Source: Candidatus Anstonellales archaeon (GTDB lineage: Archaea; Micrarchaeota; Micrarchaeia; Anstonellales; J096). From it: a stretch of 64,000 nt of DNA. The notes under the pieces are model-generated. The model had not been told where the DNA came from. It saw only the letters and a list, made by a program, of their open reading frames with translations, and ran no database searches. Each line of letters opens with the position of its first letter. Position 1 is the first letter of the stretch. The position numbers and the translations under genes were made by a program. Below, one piece after another: positions 42,591-52,314 of this stretch. Location of the stretch: contig JAWACY010000001.1 in NCBI GenBank assembly GCA_038896535.1, positions 355,111 through 419,110 of the forward strand. Direction: 5' to 3'.

Positions 42591-43700
42591 TTATCCAACA
42601 GCCAAGTAAAATATTTCTGGCCAGTAGTAGGATGTTAGATTTTCGTTTTCTTTTTCATCCAGCTCTTTTGTGATTAATTTTGCTTTTTCATAAGAATCCA
42701 TTAGCGTTGCGTACATTATTTCTCTTGCTTGTTCTTTTGCTTTTTCATTTACATAAAGCAGGTTTAAAAATGTCTTTAATGTATTAGACATGTGCAATAT
42801 AATATTTAACTTATTATTTTGCATGATATCAATGCTGGAAAGATTTGCAACTAATTTCTTCTCTCTAGAATAAACAATTTCATCAAGACCGAACCAAGAA
42901 TAGCTATTAAGGCAGGAATAAAATGAGGCAAAGCATATCTGCTTGATAAATTCTTCATTCAACCCATCATTTAAAATCTGAAAATTAACTTTTGGATTAA
43001 AAACAACATTTATATATTTCCTGCAGTCCTCATCAAAATCAACTCTTTTGCCTTTATGCATAAAAAATGACAGGTTAAAAAGGAATAAATTATTATTTTC
43101 AGCAATGCGTTTATTTAAACCTATTAATTGATCAGCAACTATAGAATCTTGTTCAAATGACTCTGCTAAATATTTAATAAGCTTTGCGAAATATACTGGA
43201 AAATTAGAATAATCATAAAAAGCACTCTCAAAGAATGCCCACAAATTAAAATCTTTCTCTTGAAACATTGACTCAAAATGTAAATATTTTAGCTTTGGCG
43301 TTAATAAGCAGGAATAAATACCATAATTTGAGTATGTCAAAATAAGCTCGCTATTTTCAATTGCAATTTGCTTGAAGTTTTTTAAGTATAACAATGTATT
43401 TTTCCCTTCTTCATCGTTGTTTCCTTTAAAAATGATCCTTAAAACTGGATTCATATGAACATCAAATGTTAAATATAGATCGCTAAATTCTGGGAATTCT
43501 ATCAATCTTAGCATTTCTATATCTTTATCTAAAAATTTATATTCTTTCTCTATCTCATTAAGGTTCATAGCAACATAAAATAATTGTTGCCTATTAAATC
43601 TACTTTTAATTATGCTCTTTTGCTGCTTTATTTTTTCTTGTATTGGTTTTATTGCTTGCCTGTAAGAAATAAAATCCTTTATTCCGTTTATTTGTTGCAT
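42591..43700 (-). CDS. Hypothetical protein
   Basis: 369-aa ORF divergent from cdc6; no motif recognised. Confidence 0.65.
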   Translation of the reverse strand: MQQINGIKDFISYRQAIKPIQEKIKQQKSIIKSRFNRQQLFYVAMNLNEIEKEYKFLDKDIEMLRLIEFPEFSDLYLTFDVHMNPVLRIIFKGNNDEEGKNTLLYLKNFKQIAIENSELILTYSNYGIYSCLLTPKLKYLHFESMFQEKDFNLWAFFESAFYDYSNFPVYFAKLIKYLAESFEQDSIVADQLIGLNKRIAENNNLFLFNLSFFMHKGKRVDFDEDCRKYINVVFNPKVNFQILNDGLNEEFIKQICFASFYSCLNSYSWFGLDEIVYSREKKLVANLSSIDIMQNNKLNIILHMSNTLKTFLNLLYVNEKAKEQAREIMYATLMDSYEKAKLITKELDEKENENLTSYYWPEIFYLAVG

Positions 43701-43838
43701 TATATATTTATTATTGCATAAAATTAAAAAACCATAATGTTACATTAATGTACATAACAGTGTTATCAAATATCAGTATGCAAAAAAATTGCAAAAATTA
43801 CCAAAAACCTTTTTAAGCATTTCTAACAAAAAGGGTTT

Positions 43839-45032
43839 ATGGTTTCTAATCTTGAAGAACTATTAAACAAAAAAAGCATCATAAAAGACAGGAATGCCTT
43901 ATCCCCTCATTTTATCCCTGATAATATACTTTATAGAGATAGCGAAATAGAGGCAATAGCAAGAACAATAGCCCCTGTATTAAAGCAAGAAAAACCAAAA
44001 AATTTATTCATATATGGCAAAACAGGGACAGGAAAAACAACATGTGCTAAATATGTAATAAAAAAAGTAAGTGAGGTAAAAGAACGCTATAACGTTAATG
44101 CAGAATTTCATTATCTAAATTGCAGGGTTTATGATTCAAGATATAAAATAATGCAGAATTTCTTGAAAAACTATTATCCAGAAATAGAAAAATCTGGTTT
44201 TGGTCTTCCATATTTTTATGAGAAGCTTATCGATGCACTATCACAAAATAAATATATTGTATTAGTACTTGATGAAATAGACATAGTTAAAGACCTTGAT
44301 GAACTTATATATACACTTATAAGAATAAATGATGAAGCAAAAAATGGTAGCTTATCAATTGTTGGCATATCAAACAAGCTAAGCTTCAAAACAAAACTTG
44401 ATCCAAGGAGTAGGAGCAGCCTTTATGAGACAGAAATTATATTTTCACCATATGATGCTATACAATTGAGGGGCATATTAGAGCAGAGAATAAAGATTGC
44501 CTTTGAGCCAAATACAATAGCAGGCAATGCGATAAGCTTAATATCCGCTATAACTGCTCAAGAAAATGGGGATGCAAGATATGCATTAAAACTTTTACAT
44601 ACTGCTGCTGAAGTTGCAGAGCAAGAAGGCAGCAATATAGTAGAGGAAAGGCATGTCGAAAATGCAAGAAGGCTCGTTGAATATGACATAGCTGCTGAAG
44701 CGATAAAAACATTGCCATTACACCATCAACTTATTCTTTATGCGCTGGCAAAGATGACGCTTAACAATAAAAATAGGGCATTAGTTGATGAAGATGGGGG
44801 CTATTTCTTTTCTGGCGATCTTTATGATTTCTATACAAAAATGTGCAGGCAGTTTTATAAAAAACCAAAATCCGCAAGGAGTTATAGAGATTACATAAAT
44901 GAACTTGAAAGCCTTGGCCTTGTATCGACTGTTTTTACAAGCAAAGGCATAAGAGGGCATACAAGATTGATAAAGATAGGCCATAATGCAGAAGACATTG
45001 TCAATATAATAAATAAAAGATTTGACTTGTAA
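43839..45032 (+). CDS. cdc6: Orc1/Cdc6 replication initiator
   Basis: YGKTGTGKT, YLNC, VLDEID, LDPRSRSSL, FSPYDAIQL, GDARYAL, C-terminal wHTH. Confidence 0.95.
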   Translation: MVSNLEELLNKKSIIKDRNALSPHFIPDNILYRDSEIEAIARTIAPVLKQEKPKNLFIYGKTGTGKTTCAKYVIKKVSEVKERYNVNAEFHYLNCRVYDSRYKIMQNFLKNYYPEIEKSGFGLPYFYEKLIDALSQNKYIVLVLDEIDIVKDLDELIYTLIRINDEAKNGSLSIVGISNKLSFKTKLDPRSRSSLYETEIIFSPYDAIQLRGILEQRIKIAFEPNTIAGNAISLISAITAQENGDARYALKLLHTAAEVAEQEGSNIVEERHVENARRLVEYDIAAEAIKTLPLHHQLILYALAKMTLNNKNRALVDEDGGYFFSGDLYDFYTKMCRQFYKKPKSARSYRDYINELESLGLVSTVFTSKGIRGHTRLIKIGHNAEDIVNIINKRFDL

Positions 45033-45106
45033 ATTTATTTGTAAATTTATTTGGTAAATGATAAAAATATGATAAAAATATAAAAAAATTAAAAATAAGC
45101 AAGAAA

Positions 45107-45121
45107 CGAAAGGTTTAAATA
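45107..45121 (+). promoter_or_regulatory. BRE plus TATA box upstream of the structured RNA candidate
   Basis: CGAAAGG-TTTAAATA; similar form upstream of genes at 5578 and 40344; predicted start about 45144. Confidence 0.6.
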
Positions 45122-45144
45122 TTTTACGCTACATATTTATTTAG

Positions 45145-45264
45145 GACCAAACTGAAAGGCTGAAAAAAGAACTGGTAACAGTGTTCTGCCCTTTTCAAGG
45201 GAAATCCTTGAAATAGGGATCTTGTTTCCCTTCGGGGAATCAAGAAGTTAAGCCTTTCGGGGTC
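45145..45264 (+). ncRNA. Candidate structured non-coding RNA (four-way junction), family not recognised
   Basis: GC-rich island; closing helix GACC-AAA-CTGAAAGGCT / AGCCTTTCGG-GGTC with a G-U pair; three inner hairpins with GUAA, GAAA(U) and C(UUCG)G loops; T-tract after. Confidence 0.7.
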
Positions 45265-45569
45265 AAACTCCTCTTTAAATTTTTTATTTAAATTTTTTAT
45301 AATCTTAGATGAGCAACTTATTGACAAAGTTCTTGATATCTTGATAAAAAGATTATAGAAAAAATATTATACATATATAAAAATATGAGATATGAAAATA
45401 TTATAAAAATGCAGGGTAAAATATATTGGAGTTAGCAATAGGTAATATTTTATATTATCAACAAACTGAAAATAGAATGAGAGAAAGAACGATACAAAAA
45501 AGATATTACTACAATATAAGATAAGCTAATAAAGTAAAAATTTTTTAACTGTTGGATATAAATTAAATT

Positions 45570-47072
45570 ATGTTTCTTGAACTTGTTGACACGACATTAA
45601 GAGATGGAGAGCAGGTTTATGGATTAAGCTATAAAGCAGAAGAGAAATTTATAATAGGAAGGTTCATACTGGAAAAGTTGAGAATTGATAGGCTCGAATG
45701 CGCTAGTGCATTAACTGAGAGCGATAAAAAAGCAGTCAGCATGCTCTCAACATTTGCAAATGATTATTTAAAAAAGCCTTTTTGTGTTGAAGTGCTGGCA
45801 TTCTTGAATAAAGAATCAATAGACTGGGCATATGATGCTGGATGCAGGACTGTTAATATATTGGCAAAGGGCTCTAAGCAGCATTTAACAAAACAACTTA
45901 AATTAGATGAAAAGGGGCATAAAGAACTTATAGAATATGTATTTAATTACGCAAAAGACAGAGAAATGAGAGTAAATATTTACTTAGAAGATGTATCATA
46001 TGGAATCCAAGAAAACAAGGATTATGTTTATGGTTTACTGGAATTCCTTGAGGGCCTTGAGCCAAACAGAGTTATGCTTCCAGATACAAGAGGGATTTTA
46101 TGCCCAAGCCTTGTCAATGATTTATTTAAACCAGTATTAAAAGAATTTAGCAAACTTATTTTTGATTTTCATGGCCATAACGATTATGGGCTTGCATTGG
46201 CAAACAGCATTGAAGCAGCAAACATAGGATTTAACGGTATTCATGGGACAATAAATGGCATGGGCGAAAGGACTGGCAATACTCCTTTAGAAGAGCTTAT
46301 AGTAGCAATAAAGGATTTCACAAAAAGAAGGGTGAATGCTCAAGAAAAACACTTATATACTGCCAGCTTGATAGTGCAAAAATTCTCAGGAAAAAGTGTA
46401 GCTTTCAACAAGCCTATTGTTGGTGAATATGCATTTACACACACTGCTGGCATTCATGCGGACGGAGAAAGAAAAGCAGGCCTTTATACATCAAGGCTCA
46501 GCCCAGCAAGATTTGGCAGAGAGAAGCAATTTTCAATAGGAAAATTATCAGGAAAGGCAAATATAAAAGTTGTGCTCGAAGAGCTTGGCATAAATATAAG
46601 TGATGAAGAGGCAAAGGTATTAAAAGAGAAAATTTCTACACTTGCCGGAAAGAAATTAATTATATCAGAAGCTGATATCATATATTTATTGGGGGACATA
46701 AAGAAAGATAAAAACATAACAAGATTAATTAAAATACATGACATAGGCATAGAAAAACAGAATGAAAAATATGTGTGCAAAATGAAAATGTCAATAAAAG
46801 AAAATGAAGAAATATTTGAAGAAAAACAGGACAATTTATTATTATGTATATTAGAAATAATAAAAAAAGCAAGCAAAAAACACGGTTTTTTTGTTCCTTT
46901 TATAGATGGTTATGAGATAGCAGATAATGGAGGGCTTGTATTGACAACAATAAAATGTAAGAGCAGGAAAGGAAAAATATTCAAAACATATGGAAATGAT
47001 AGTGATCTGATAAAATCGTTTGCATCTGCTATTGAAAAGGCAGTTAACTACGAAAACATTGCTTTAAAATAA
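45570..47072 (+). CDS. cimA: Citramalate / 2-isopropylmalate synthase (DRE-TIM; resembles bacterial CimA)
   Basis: DTTLRDGEQ, KGSKQH, NIYLED, RVMLPDT, FHGHNDYGLA, GMGERTGN, HTAGIHADG; substrate not certain. Confidence 0.8.
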   Translation: MFLELVDTTLRDGEQVYGLSYKAEEKFIIGRFILEKLRIDRLECASALTESDKKAVSMLSTFANDYLKKPFCVEVLAFLNKESIDWAYDAGCRTVNILAKGSKQHLTKQLKLDEKGHKELIEYVFNYAKDREMRVNIYLEDVSYGIQENKDYVYGLLEFLEGLEPNRVMLPDTRGILCPSLVNDLFKPVLKEFSKLIFDFHGHNDYGLALANSIEAANIGFNGIHGTINGMGERTGNTPLEELIVAIKDFTKRRVNAQEKHLYTASLIVQKFSGKSVAFNKPIVGEYAFTHTAGIHADGERKAGLYTSRLSPARFGREKQFSIGKLSGKANIKVVLEELGINISDEEAKVLKEKISTLAGKKLIISEADIIYLLGDIKKDKNITRLIKIHDIGIEKQNEKYVCKMKMSIKENEEIFEEKQDNLLLCILEIIKKASKKHGFFVPFIDGYEIADNGGLVLTTIKCKSRKGKIFKTYGNDSDLIKSFASAIEKAVNYENIALK

Positions 47073-47092
47073 CTTTGTTAAAATTTAATTAC

Positions 47093-47671
47093 ATGGCAGG
47101 AAAAGAAACAAAAAATAAAAAATATGAGATTGAAAAAATAATAAAAAGGCTTAAGGGTTCAAGGTTCCCAAATGTGCTAAGCAATAAGGAGCTTTTAGAA
47201 AGCATGGAAAAAACAAAAGAAAAACAAGAGCCAATAGCTGTTGTCTTAACTTGTAGTGACAGCAGGGTAATACCAGAATACATATTTGGAGCAAAACTTG
47301 GAGAGCTTTTTGTTATAAGAACTGCCGGTAATATGCCAGATAAGAACAGCATGGCAAGTATTGAATATGCATTAGAGCACTTGAAAGTAAAAGTCATTGT
47401 TGTTTTGGGCCATACAAATTGTGGAGCAGTAAAGGGAGCAATAGCATTAAGGCAAGAGATGAAAAAATGGCAGAAGGATAGTTTCTTACCATATTTATTA
47501 GATAGCATAGCAGAAAACATAAAAGAAGCAAGAAATGTTGATGAAGCAATTTATATGAATGCAAAAAAAATAAAAGGCATCTTAGAAGAGAAACTAAAAA
47601 AATATGAAGTAAAAATTGTGCCTGCAATTTATGACATTGGAGATGGAAGTATTAAATGGCTTGATAGCTAA
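47093..47671 (+). CDS. Beta-class carbonic anhydrase
   Basis: CSDSRV, GELFVIRTAGN, SIEYA, LGHTNCGAV. Confidence 0.93.
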   Translation: MAGKETKNKKYEIEKIIKRLKGSRFPNVLSNKELLESMEKTKEKQEPIAVVLTCSDSRVIPEYIFGAKLGELFVIRTAGNMPDKNSMASIEYALEHLKVKVIVVLGHTNCGAVKGAIALRQEMKKWQKDSFLPYLLDSIAENIKEARNVDEAIYMNAKKIKGILEEKLKKYEVKIVPAIYDIGDGSIKWLDS

Positions 47672-47687
47672 TTATTGGTAGTTAGAC

Positions 47688-48905
47688 ATGGAAGAAATAG
47701 AAAGCAAAAAGTTCTATGAATTTAAAAAAACAATAAAAAAACTGAAAGAAATAAGGGGCACTGGAACTCAGCTTGTATCATTTTATATTCCAGCGGGCTA
47801 TCCTATACCAGAAGCAGCTGCAAAAATAAGAGAAGAAATAAGCCAAGCACAAAACATAAAAAGTAAACAAACAAGGACAGCAGTAATATCAGCATTAGAA
47901 AGAATATCAAATGCATTAAAGCATTTTAAATCAACGCCAGAAAAAGGGCTTGTCATGTTTGCAGGAAATATCAGCAATGACCCATCAAGGGAGGATATAC
48001 AGATTTTTATAATAGAGCCATTATATAGGCTAGGGCAAAGTATATATAGGTGTGACTCATCCTTTTTTTTAGAGCCATTGGAAAAAATGCTTGAATCAAC
48101 AGATAGCTATGGCATTGTCGCAATAGAAGGCAGAGAAGCAACACTTGCATTGTTAAGGGGAACAGAAGTAAATATAGTTGAAAGGATAGAAAATCAAGCA
48201 CATGCAAAAGTAAGAAAAGGCGGACAAAGTGCAAGGAGATATGAAAGGCTCATAGAAGAGGCAATAGAAAGATTTTACAAAAAGGTTGGCGAAGCAATGG
48301 ATAAACATTTTCTTGGCAAAGTTAAGGGCATAATAGTTGGTGGCCCTGGCCCAACAAAAGATTATTTCTTAAAAGAAAGTCCATTCAATTACCAGCATAA
48401 GATCCTTGGTGTTGTCGATACTGGATATGCTGATGAAAATGGAGTTTATGAAATAATGAATAAAATGGAGGGCATAATAAAAGAACAAGAAGCAGTAAAA
48501 GAAAAAGCACTTTTAACAAGATTTATATCAGAAGTAGTAAAGGGTGGCAAAGCAATTTATGGCTATGCTGAAGTGGTTGAGGCAATAAAAACAGGGAGGG
48601 CATTTAAAGTGCTTGTTTCAGAAGGTCTTGACCAAAATTATTTTCTCTTCAAATGCCAAAAGGATGATACAACAATTGAGATAATAACACCAAAAGAGCA
48701 GGCACATAAAAAAAGAACTAGTCCAGAAACATGCCCGCAAGACGGGACATTAATGACAATAATAGAAGATGAAGATTTAACTGATCACATAATAAAAATT
48801 GCAATGGAATCAAATATTGACGTTGAGGTCATAAGCACAAATACACAAGAAGGCCAGCAATTTCTCAAAGGATTTAAAGGCATTGGCGCATTTCTAAAAT
48901 ATTGA
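47688..48905 (+). CDS. prf1: Peptide chain release factor aRF1
   Basis: NIKS, YRCDSSF, KGGQSARRY, GGPGPTK, terminal GIGAFLKY. Confidence 0.96.
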   Translation: MEEIESKKFYEFKKTIKKLKEIRGTGTQLVSFYIPAGYPIPEAAAKIREEISQAQNIKSKQTRTAVISALERISNALKHFKSTPEKGLVMFAGNISNDPSREDIQIFIIEPLYRLGQSIYRCDSSFFLEPLEKMLESTDSYGIVAIEGREATLALLRGTEVNIVERIENQAHAKVRKGGQSARRYERLIEEAIERFYKKVGEAMDKHFLGKVKGIIVGGPGPTKDYFLKESPFNYQHKILGVVDTGYADENGVYEIMNKMEGIIKEQEAVKEKALLTRFISEVVKGGKAIYGYAEVVEAIKTGRAFKVLVSEGLDQNYFLFKCQKDDTTIEIITPKEQAHKKRTSPETCPQDGTLMTIIEDEDLTDHIIKIAMESNIDVEVISTNTQEGQQFLKGFKGIGAFLKY

Positions 48906-49044
48906 GCAAACCATAAATGTTGCCAAAATCTTCAATACATCATATTAACATTTTTATTTTGTCTTTATTTTGTCTATTTGTCATCCTTCTAGTATAAGTA
49001 GATTGATATTAACAATTCATCATTTAATGAATTTAATGAATTCT

Positions 49045-49479
49045 TTACTTAACGATCTTTATGCTTTTTCCTTTTAATCTGACTGGTATTGATACTACTG
49101 CTTCTAATGGCAAAACTGTATATTCATCCTTTGCTTTATCAACAGAAATGACTCTTGCTTTTTCTCCTTTAAATGGACCAGATACAATTTCAACAGTATC
49201 GCCAATTTTAATTTCTTGTTCTGGTTTTTCTTCGATCTTGAACATTGCAATGACTTGCTCATCTTGCATGGGCTTTTGCAACATGCCTTTAACATGCTTT
49301 ATGCCTGAAATTGCTTCATAAGCAGCATTCTCATCATCTGTTTCAATGAATACATAACCTCTTACTGGCTCATGGAAAAAAACAGAATAAATTGGCAATT
49401 TATTTGCTATTACTCTTTTTTCTATCATCATAGTTACTATCTTTTCTTGTTTTGTTGCTACTCTTACAACATAAAACAT
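49045..49479 (-). CDS. spt5: Transcription elongation factor Spt5 (NusG)
   Basis: RGYVFIE NGN domain; KOW motif GDTVEIVSGPFKGEKARV. Confidence 0.95.
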   Translation of the reverse strand: MFYVVRVATKQEKIVTMMIEKRVIANKLPIYSVFFHEPVRGYVFIETDDENAAYEAISGIKHVKGMLQKPMQDEQVIAMFKIEEKPEQEIKIGDTVEIVSGPFKGEKARVISVDKAKDEYTVLPLEAVVSIPVRLKGKSIKIVK

Positions 49480-49488
49480 GCTTCCACC

Positions 49489-49647
49489 TCAAAACAAAAA
49501 CATTAATGTGTGTATTATAAAACCAATGAGCCCTATTATTATTATGAGCAAACCTACAACCCATGCTTTTCTGGCAAGTTCTTCATCATTTGGCAGCTTA
49601 ACCTTCTTTGTTACAAATAAAACATCCTTTATTACTGGCAACTTCAT
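49489..49647 (-). CDS. secE: Protein translocase subunit SecE (Sec61-gamma); absent from ORF track
   Basis: Translated by hand: MKLPVIKDVLFVTKKVKLPNDEELARKAWVVGLLIIIIGLIGFIIHTLMFLF; canonical ftsZ-secE-spt5 synteny. Confidence 0.9.
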   Translation of the reverse strand: MKLPVIKDVLFVTKKVKLPNDEELARKAWVVGLLIIIIGLIGFIIHTLMFLF

Positions 49648-49659
49648 TTTATCACATTA

Positions 49660-50784
49660 CTAACCTATATCATCTATAACAAAGCTACTGTAATCTTCTG
49701 CTTTCTCTTGGTCTAGGCTAAATTCCTCAAATGAAACGCCAGCAAGAACAACAAGCACTCTTATTGTTGACTTCTTTAAGTTTGGTTCGGTTCTGGCGCC
49801 AAATATGATATGTGCATCAGGGGCAATTCTTTTTGCAGTTTCTCCTACTATGTATTCAACTTCTCTTAATGATAAATCTTCCCCGCCAACTATATTTATC
49901 AAAGCTCTTTTTGCTGTGCTTATATCAACATCGAGTAATGGACTGTTCAATGCAGTTTCTATTGCTATCTTTGCCCTTTCTTGTTTATCAACATCTGCTG
50001 TTGCTTCACCAACGCCAATAACTGCATAACCAGCATCTTTCAATACAGTCATCAAATCCGCAAAATCAACATTCACAAGTCCTGCTTTTGTTATTAGCTC
50101 TGTTATATTCTTTACTGAACCGGCAAGCACTTCATCACTTATTTTAAATGCTGTATTCAACGGCAAATCTGGGGCTAAGGATAAAAGCTTGTCATTCTTT
50201 ATTAAAATAAGCGTATCTACACTTCTTTTTAATTTCTCTAATCCTTTTATTGCATTTTCTCTCCTTGTTTTTCCTTCTGAAGTGAAAGGCATTGTAACAA
50301 TTGCAACAGTCAATGCATTTAAGTCCTTTTTTGCTATTCTGGCAACAACTGGAGCAGTGCCTGTTCCTGTACCACCTCCCAACCCACATGTAACAAAAAC
50401 CATGCTGGCATCTTCAATGTTCTTTTTTATATCATTAACTGCTTCTTCTGCTGCTTTTTCACCGCATTCTGGATAGCTTCCACACCCCCTGCCTTTTGTC
50501 AATTGTTTTCCTAGCAGTATCTTTTTATCTGCTTTAACTGTAAGTAAATGCCTTGCATCAGTGTTTGCAGCAATTGTTAAAGCCCCATCTACATGCAATT
50601 CAAAAAGCCTGTTTAGTGTATTACAACCAGAGCCGCCGCACCCAACTACATAAACCTTCGGCTCGCTCTCTTTTATGAATTTCAATATTTCATTATCTCC
50701 CACATCATCTGCTATTGCTTTTTCTTCATTGTCTATAACATTTTTTGCATGTTGCTTTATATTTTGCATTTGCTGCTCTTCCAT
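49660..50784 (-). CDS. ftsZ: Cell division protein FtsZ (FtsZ1-like)
   Basis: GCGGSGCNT, GLGGGTGTGTAP, canonical T7 loop GLVNVDFAD; AGGTGA before ATG at 50784. Confidence 0.96.
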   Translation of the reverse strand: MEEQQMQNIKQHAKNVIDNEEKAIADDVGDNEILKFIKESEPKVYVVGCGGSGCNTLNRLFELHVDGALTIAANTDARHLLTVKADKKILLGKQLTKGRGCGSYPECGEKAAEEAVNDIKKNIEDASMVFVTCGLGGGTGTGTAPVVARIAKKDLNALTVAIVTMPFTSEGKTRRENAIKGLEKLKRSVDTLILIKNDKLLSLAPDLPLNTAFKISDEVLAGSVKNITELITKAGLVNVDFADLMTVLKDAGYAVIGVGEATADVDKQERAKIAIETALNSPLLDVDISTAKRALINIVGGEDLSLREVEYIVGETAKRIAPDAHIIFGARTEPNLKKSTIRVLVVLAGVSFEEFSLDQEKAEDYSSFVIDDIG

Positions 50785-50859
50785 AAAATCACCTATAAAA
50801 AGCAATATTTATTATTTAACATATCCATTTTTAATTCCTTCTGCTATATATTTTTAACT

Positions 50860-51060
50860 ATGTCAGAATTAAAACTCAAAAACGATAATTTTAAGAGGGG
50901 CGTTTTTTATTCAAGATTGGCAAGAAAAATAGAAACATTGATTGAAGAGGGAAGATTAAATAAAGGAGATGAAGAAAGAGCATTAAAGTTATTGAAGGAA
51001 TGCTGGAGCAAAGCCCATGAATATATTGATAAATTTTGCGAAGAAAAAGTAAAGAAATAA
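50860..51060 (+). CDS. Small hypothetical helical protein
   Basis: 66-aa MSELKLK... portion of the 50749-51060 ORF, divergent from ftsZ1. Confidence 0.55.
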   Translation: MSELKLKNDNFKRGVFYSRLARKIETLIEEGRLNKGDEERALKLLKECWSKAHEYIDKFCEEKVKK

Positions 51061-51201
51061 AAAAGAGAAGTGAAAGAAAATTGAAAGAACGGGCAAGAAA
51101 AAATTGATGCTTTATTTAATTACATAATGCCTTTAAACATACTCACTTTAACTACATGCCTAATTTTTGCCTAATTTCTACCTATATTTACCTAATTTTA
51201 A

Positions 51202-52170
51202 CTACATACTTAATATTTCATGCTCTTTTTGTTGATTTGGTAATTGAATGCATATAAAAGCATTTAAAAAGTTGTTTTTTATTTCCTCATTTTCTATACC
51301 AAGGCCTTCTTCCAAAGCAGTTATTATACCCCTACAATGTGCATGTCCAACAACAACTGCTAATTTGTCATATTCATTTATTAATGCCCTTATTGCATCA
51401 GCAAATGCCAAGTCGCGCAAATAAAGCAAAAAGAAAAAACGCTTCCAGTCATTTATAGAAGTGCTTTTTGTATACGGCAATAAGTCAAATGATATGCCTT
51501 TTAATGTGCTTTCTCCAATAATAAAACTATTAATACTTAACATTGCAAGAAATTCTCCAACACCAAAATTTAAAAATTCCTTTTGTGCTTCAATAGTGTC
51601 AATCTCTATTATTTTATCAAAGGGGTATTTGGATAATAAGTAGTTTATCGCTTTATTTATAGAGCCAAGCTCAATATCAGCAATTGGTATTAACTTGCAT
51701 AATTTATATGCAACTTTTGCAAATGCATGAATGCTATTTCTCGAATGAATACATAAGCCATCATCTTTTACATGAGATTCAAATGCAAGGCATTCAATAT
51801 CAAATAATTTTATAAACTTTGTTAAAAATTTCTGTGCTTCAAAAGCATATGCACTATTATTTTTATGATCAATACCAATTATGTATAAATTTTTCTTGCC
51901 AATGATTTTGCTTTTCTCTTCGAACAATAACTTTGTAACTGATTGCAAAAAATTATAAGGCCTTTTTCTTAACAATCCAGAACTGCCAATTTTTATTATT
52001 TTGCTCCTTTCATTTTCGCTTAATGGCTCTTTTGCCCATGCATTTTTATCATGTTTTTTAAATGCTCCCTTGTTCTCATAATATTGCTGCAACTCAATAT
52101 TTATTTTATCTCTCAGGCTCATTAAAATTTTAAAATTTTCATTTTTTTCAAAATTTCCCATTTTGCACAC
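51202..52170 (-). CDS. TraB/GumN (Tiki/EreA/ChaN-like) superfamily protein
   Basis: LYIIGIDH, CLAFES, RDLAFADAI, AVVVGHAH motif order. Confidence 0.65.
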   Translation of the reverse strand: MCKMGNFEKNENFKILMSLRDKINIELQQYYENKGAFKKHDKNAWAKEPLSENERSKIIKIGSSGLLRKRPYNFLQSVTKLLFEEKSKIIGKKNLYIIGIDHKNNSAYAFEAQKFLTKFIKLFDIECLAFESHVKDDGLCIHSRNSIHAFAKVAYKLCKLIPIADIELGSINKAINYLLSKYPFDKIIEIDTIEAQKEFLNFGVGEFLAMLSINSFIIGESTLKGISFDLLPYTKSTSINDWKRFFFLLYLRDLAFADAIRALINEYDKLAVVVGHAHCRGIITALEEGLGIENEEIKNNFLNAFICIQLPNQQKEHEILSM

Positions 52171-52314
52171 ATTTATATAATTAATAACAAAAATTTATAA
52201 ACGTTGCTATAAGCTTAATATAACCCTATGTTTGCTATGTGTTTGCTATGCCTTTATTTTGCCATTGCCTTATATTTGTTTAATTTACAAAATTTATTTA
52301 AATTTATTTTAAAC

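Noticed and set aside
45145..45264. 5S rRNA, TPP riboswitch or hammerhead ribozyme identity for the structured element
   Set aside because: Length fits 5S but the four-way topology and sequence do not; GGCTGAAA only superficially resembles the TPP GCUGAGA and the rest is missing; no CUGANGA core
45124..45327. 67-aa minus-strand ORF
   Set aside because: Antisense to the structured RNA candidate, TTG start, no protein-like features
49478..49663. 61-aa plus-strand ORF in the track
   Set aside because: Shadow of secE on the minus strand (49489-49647)
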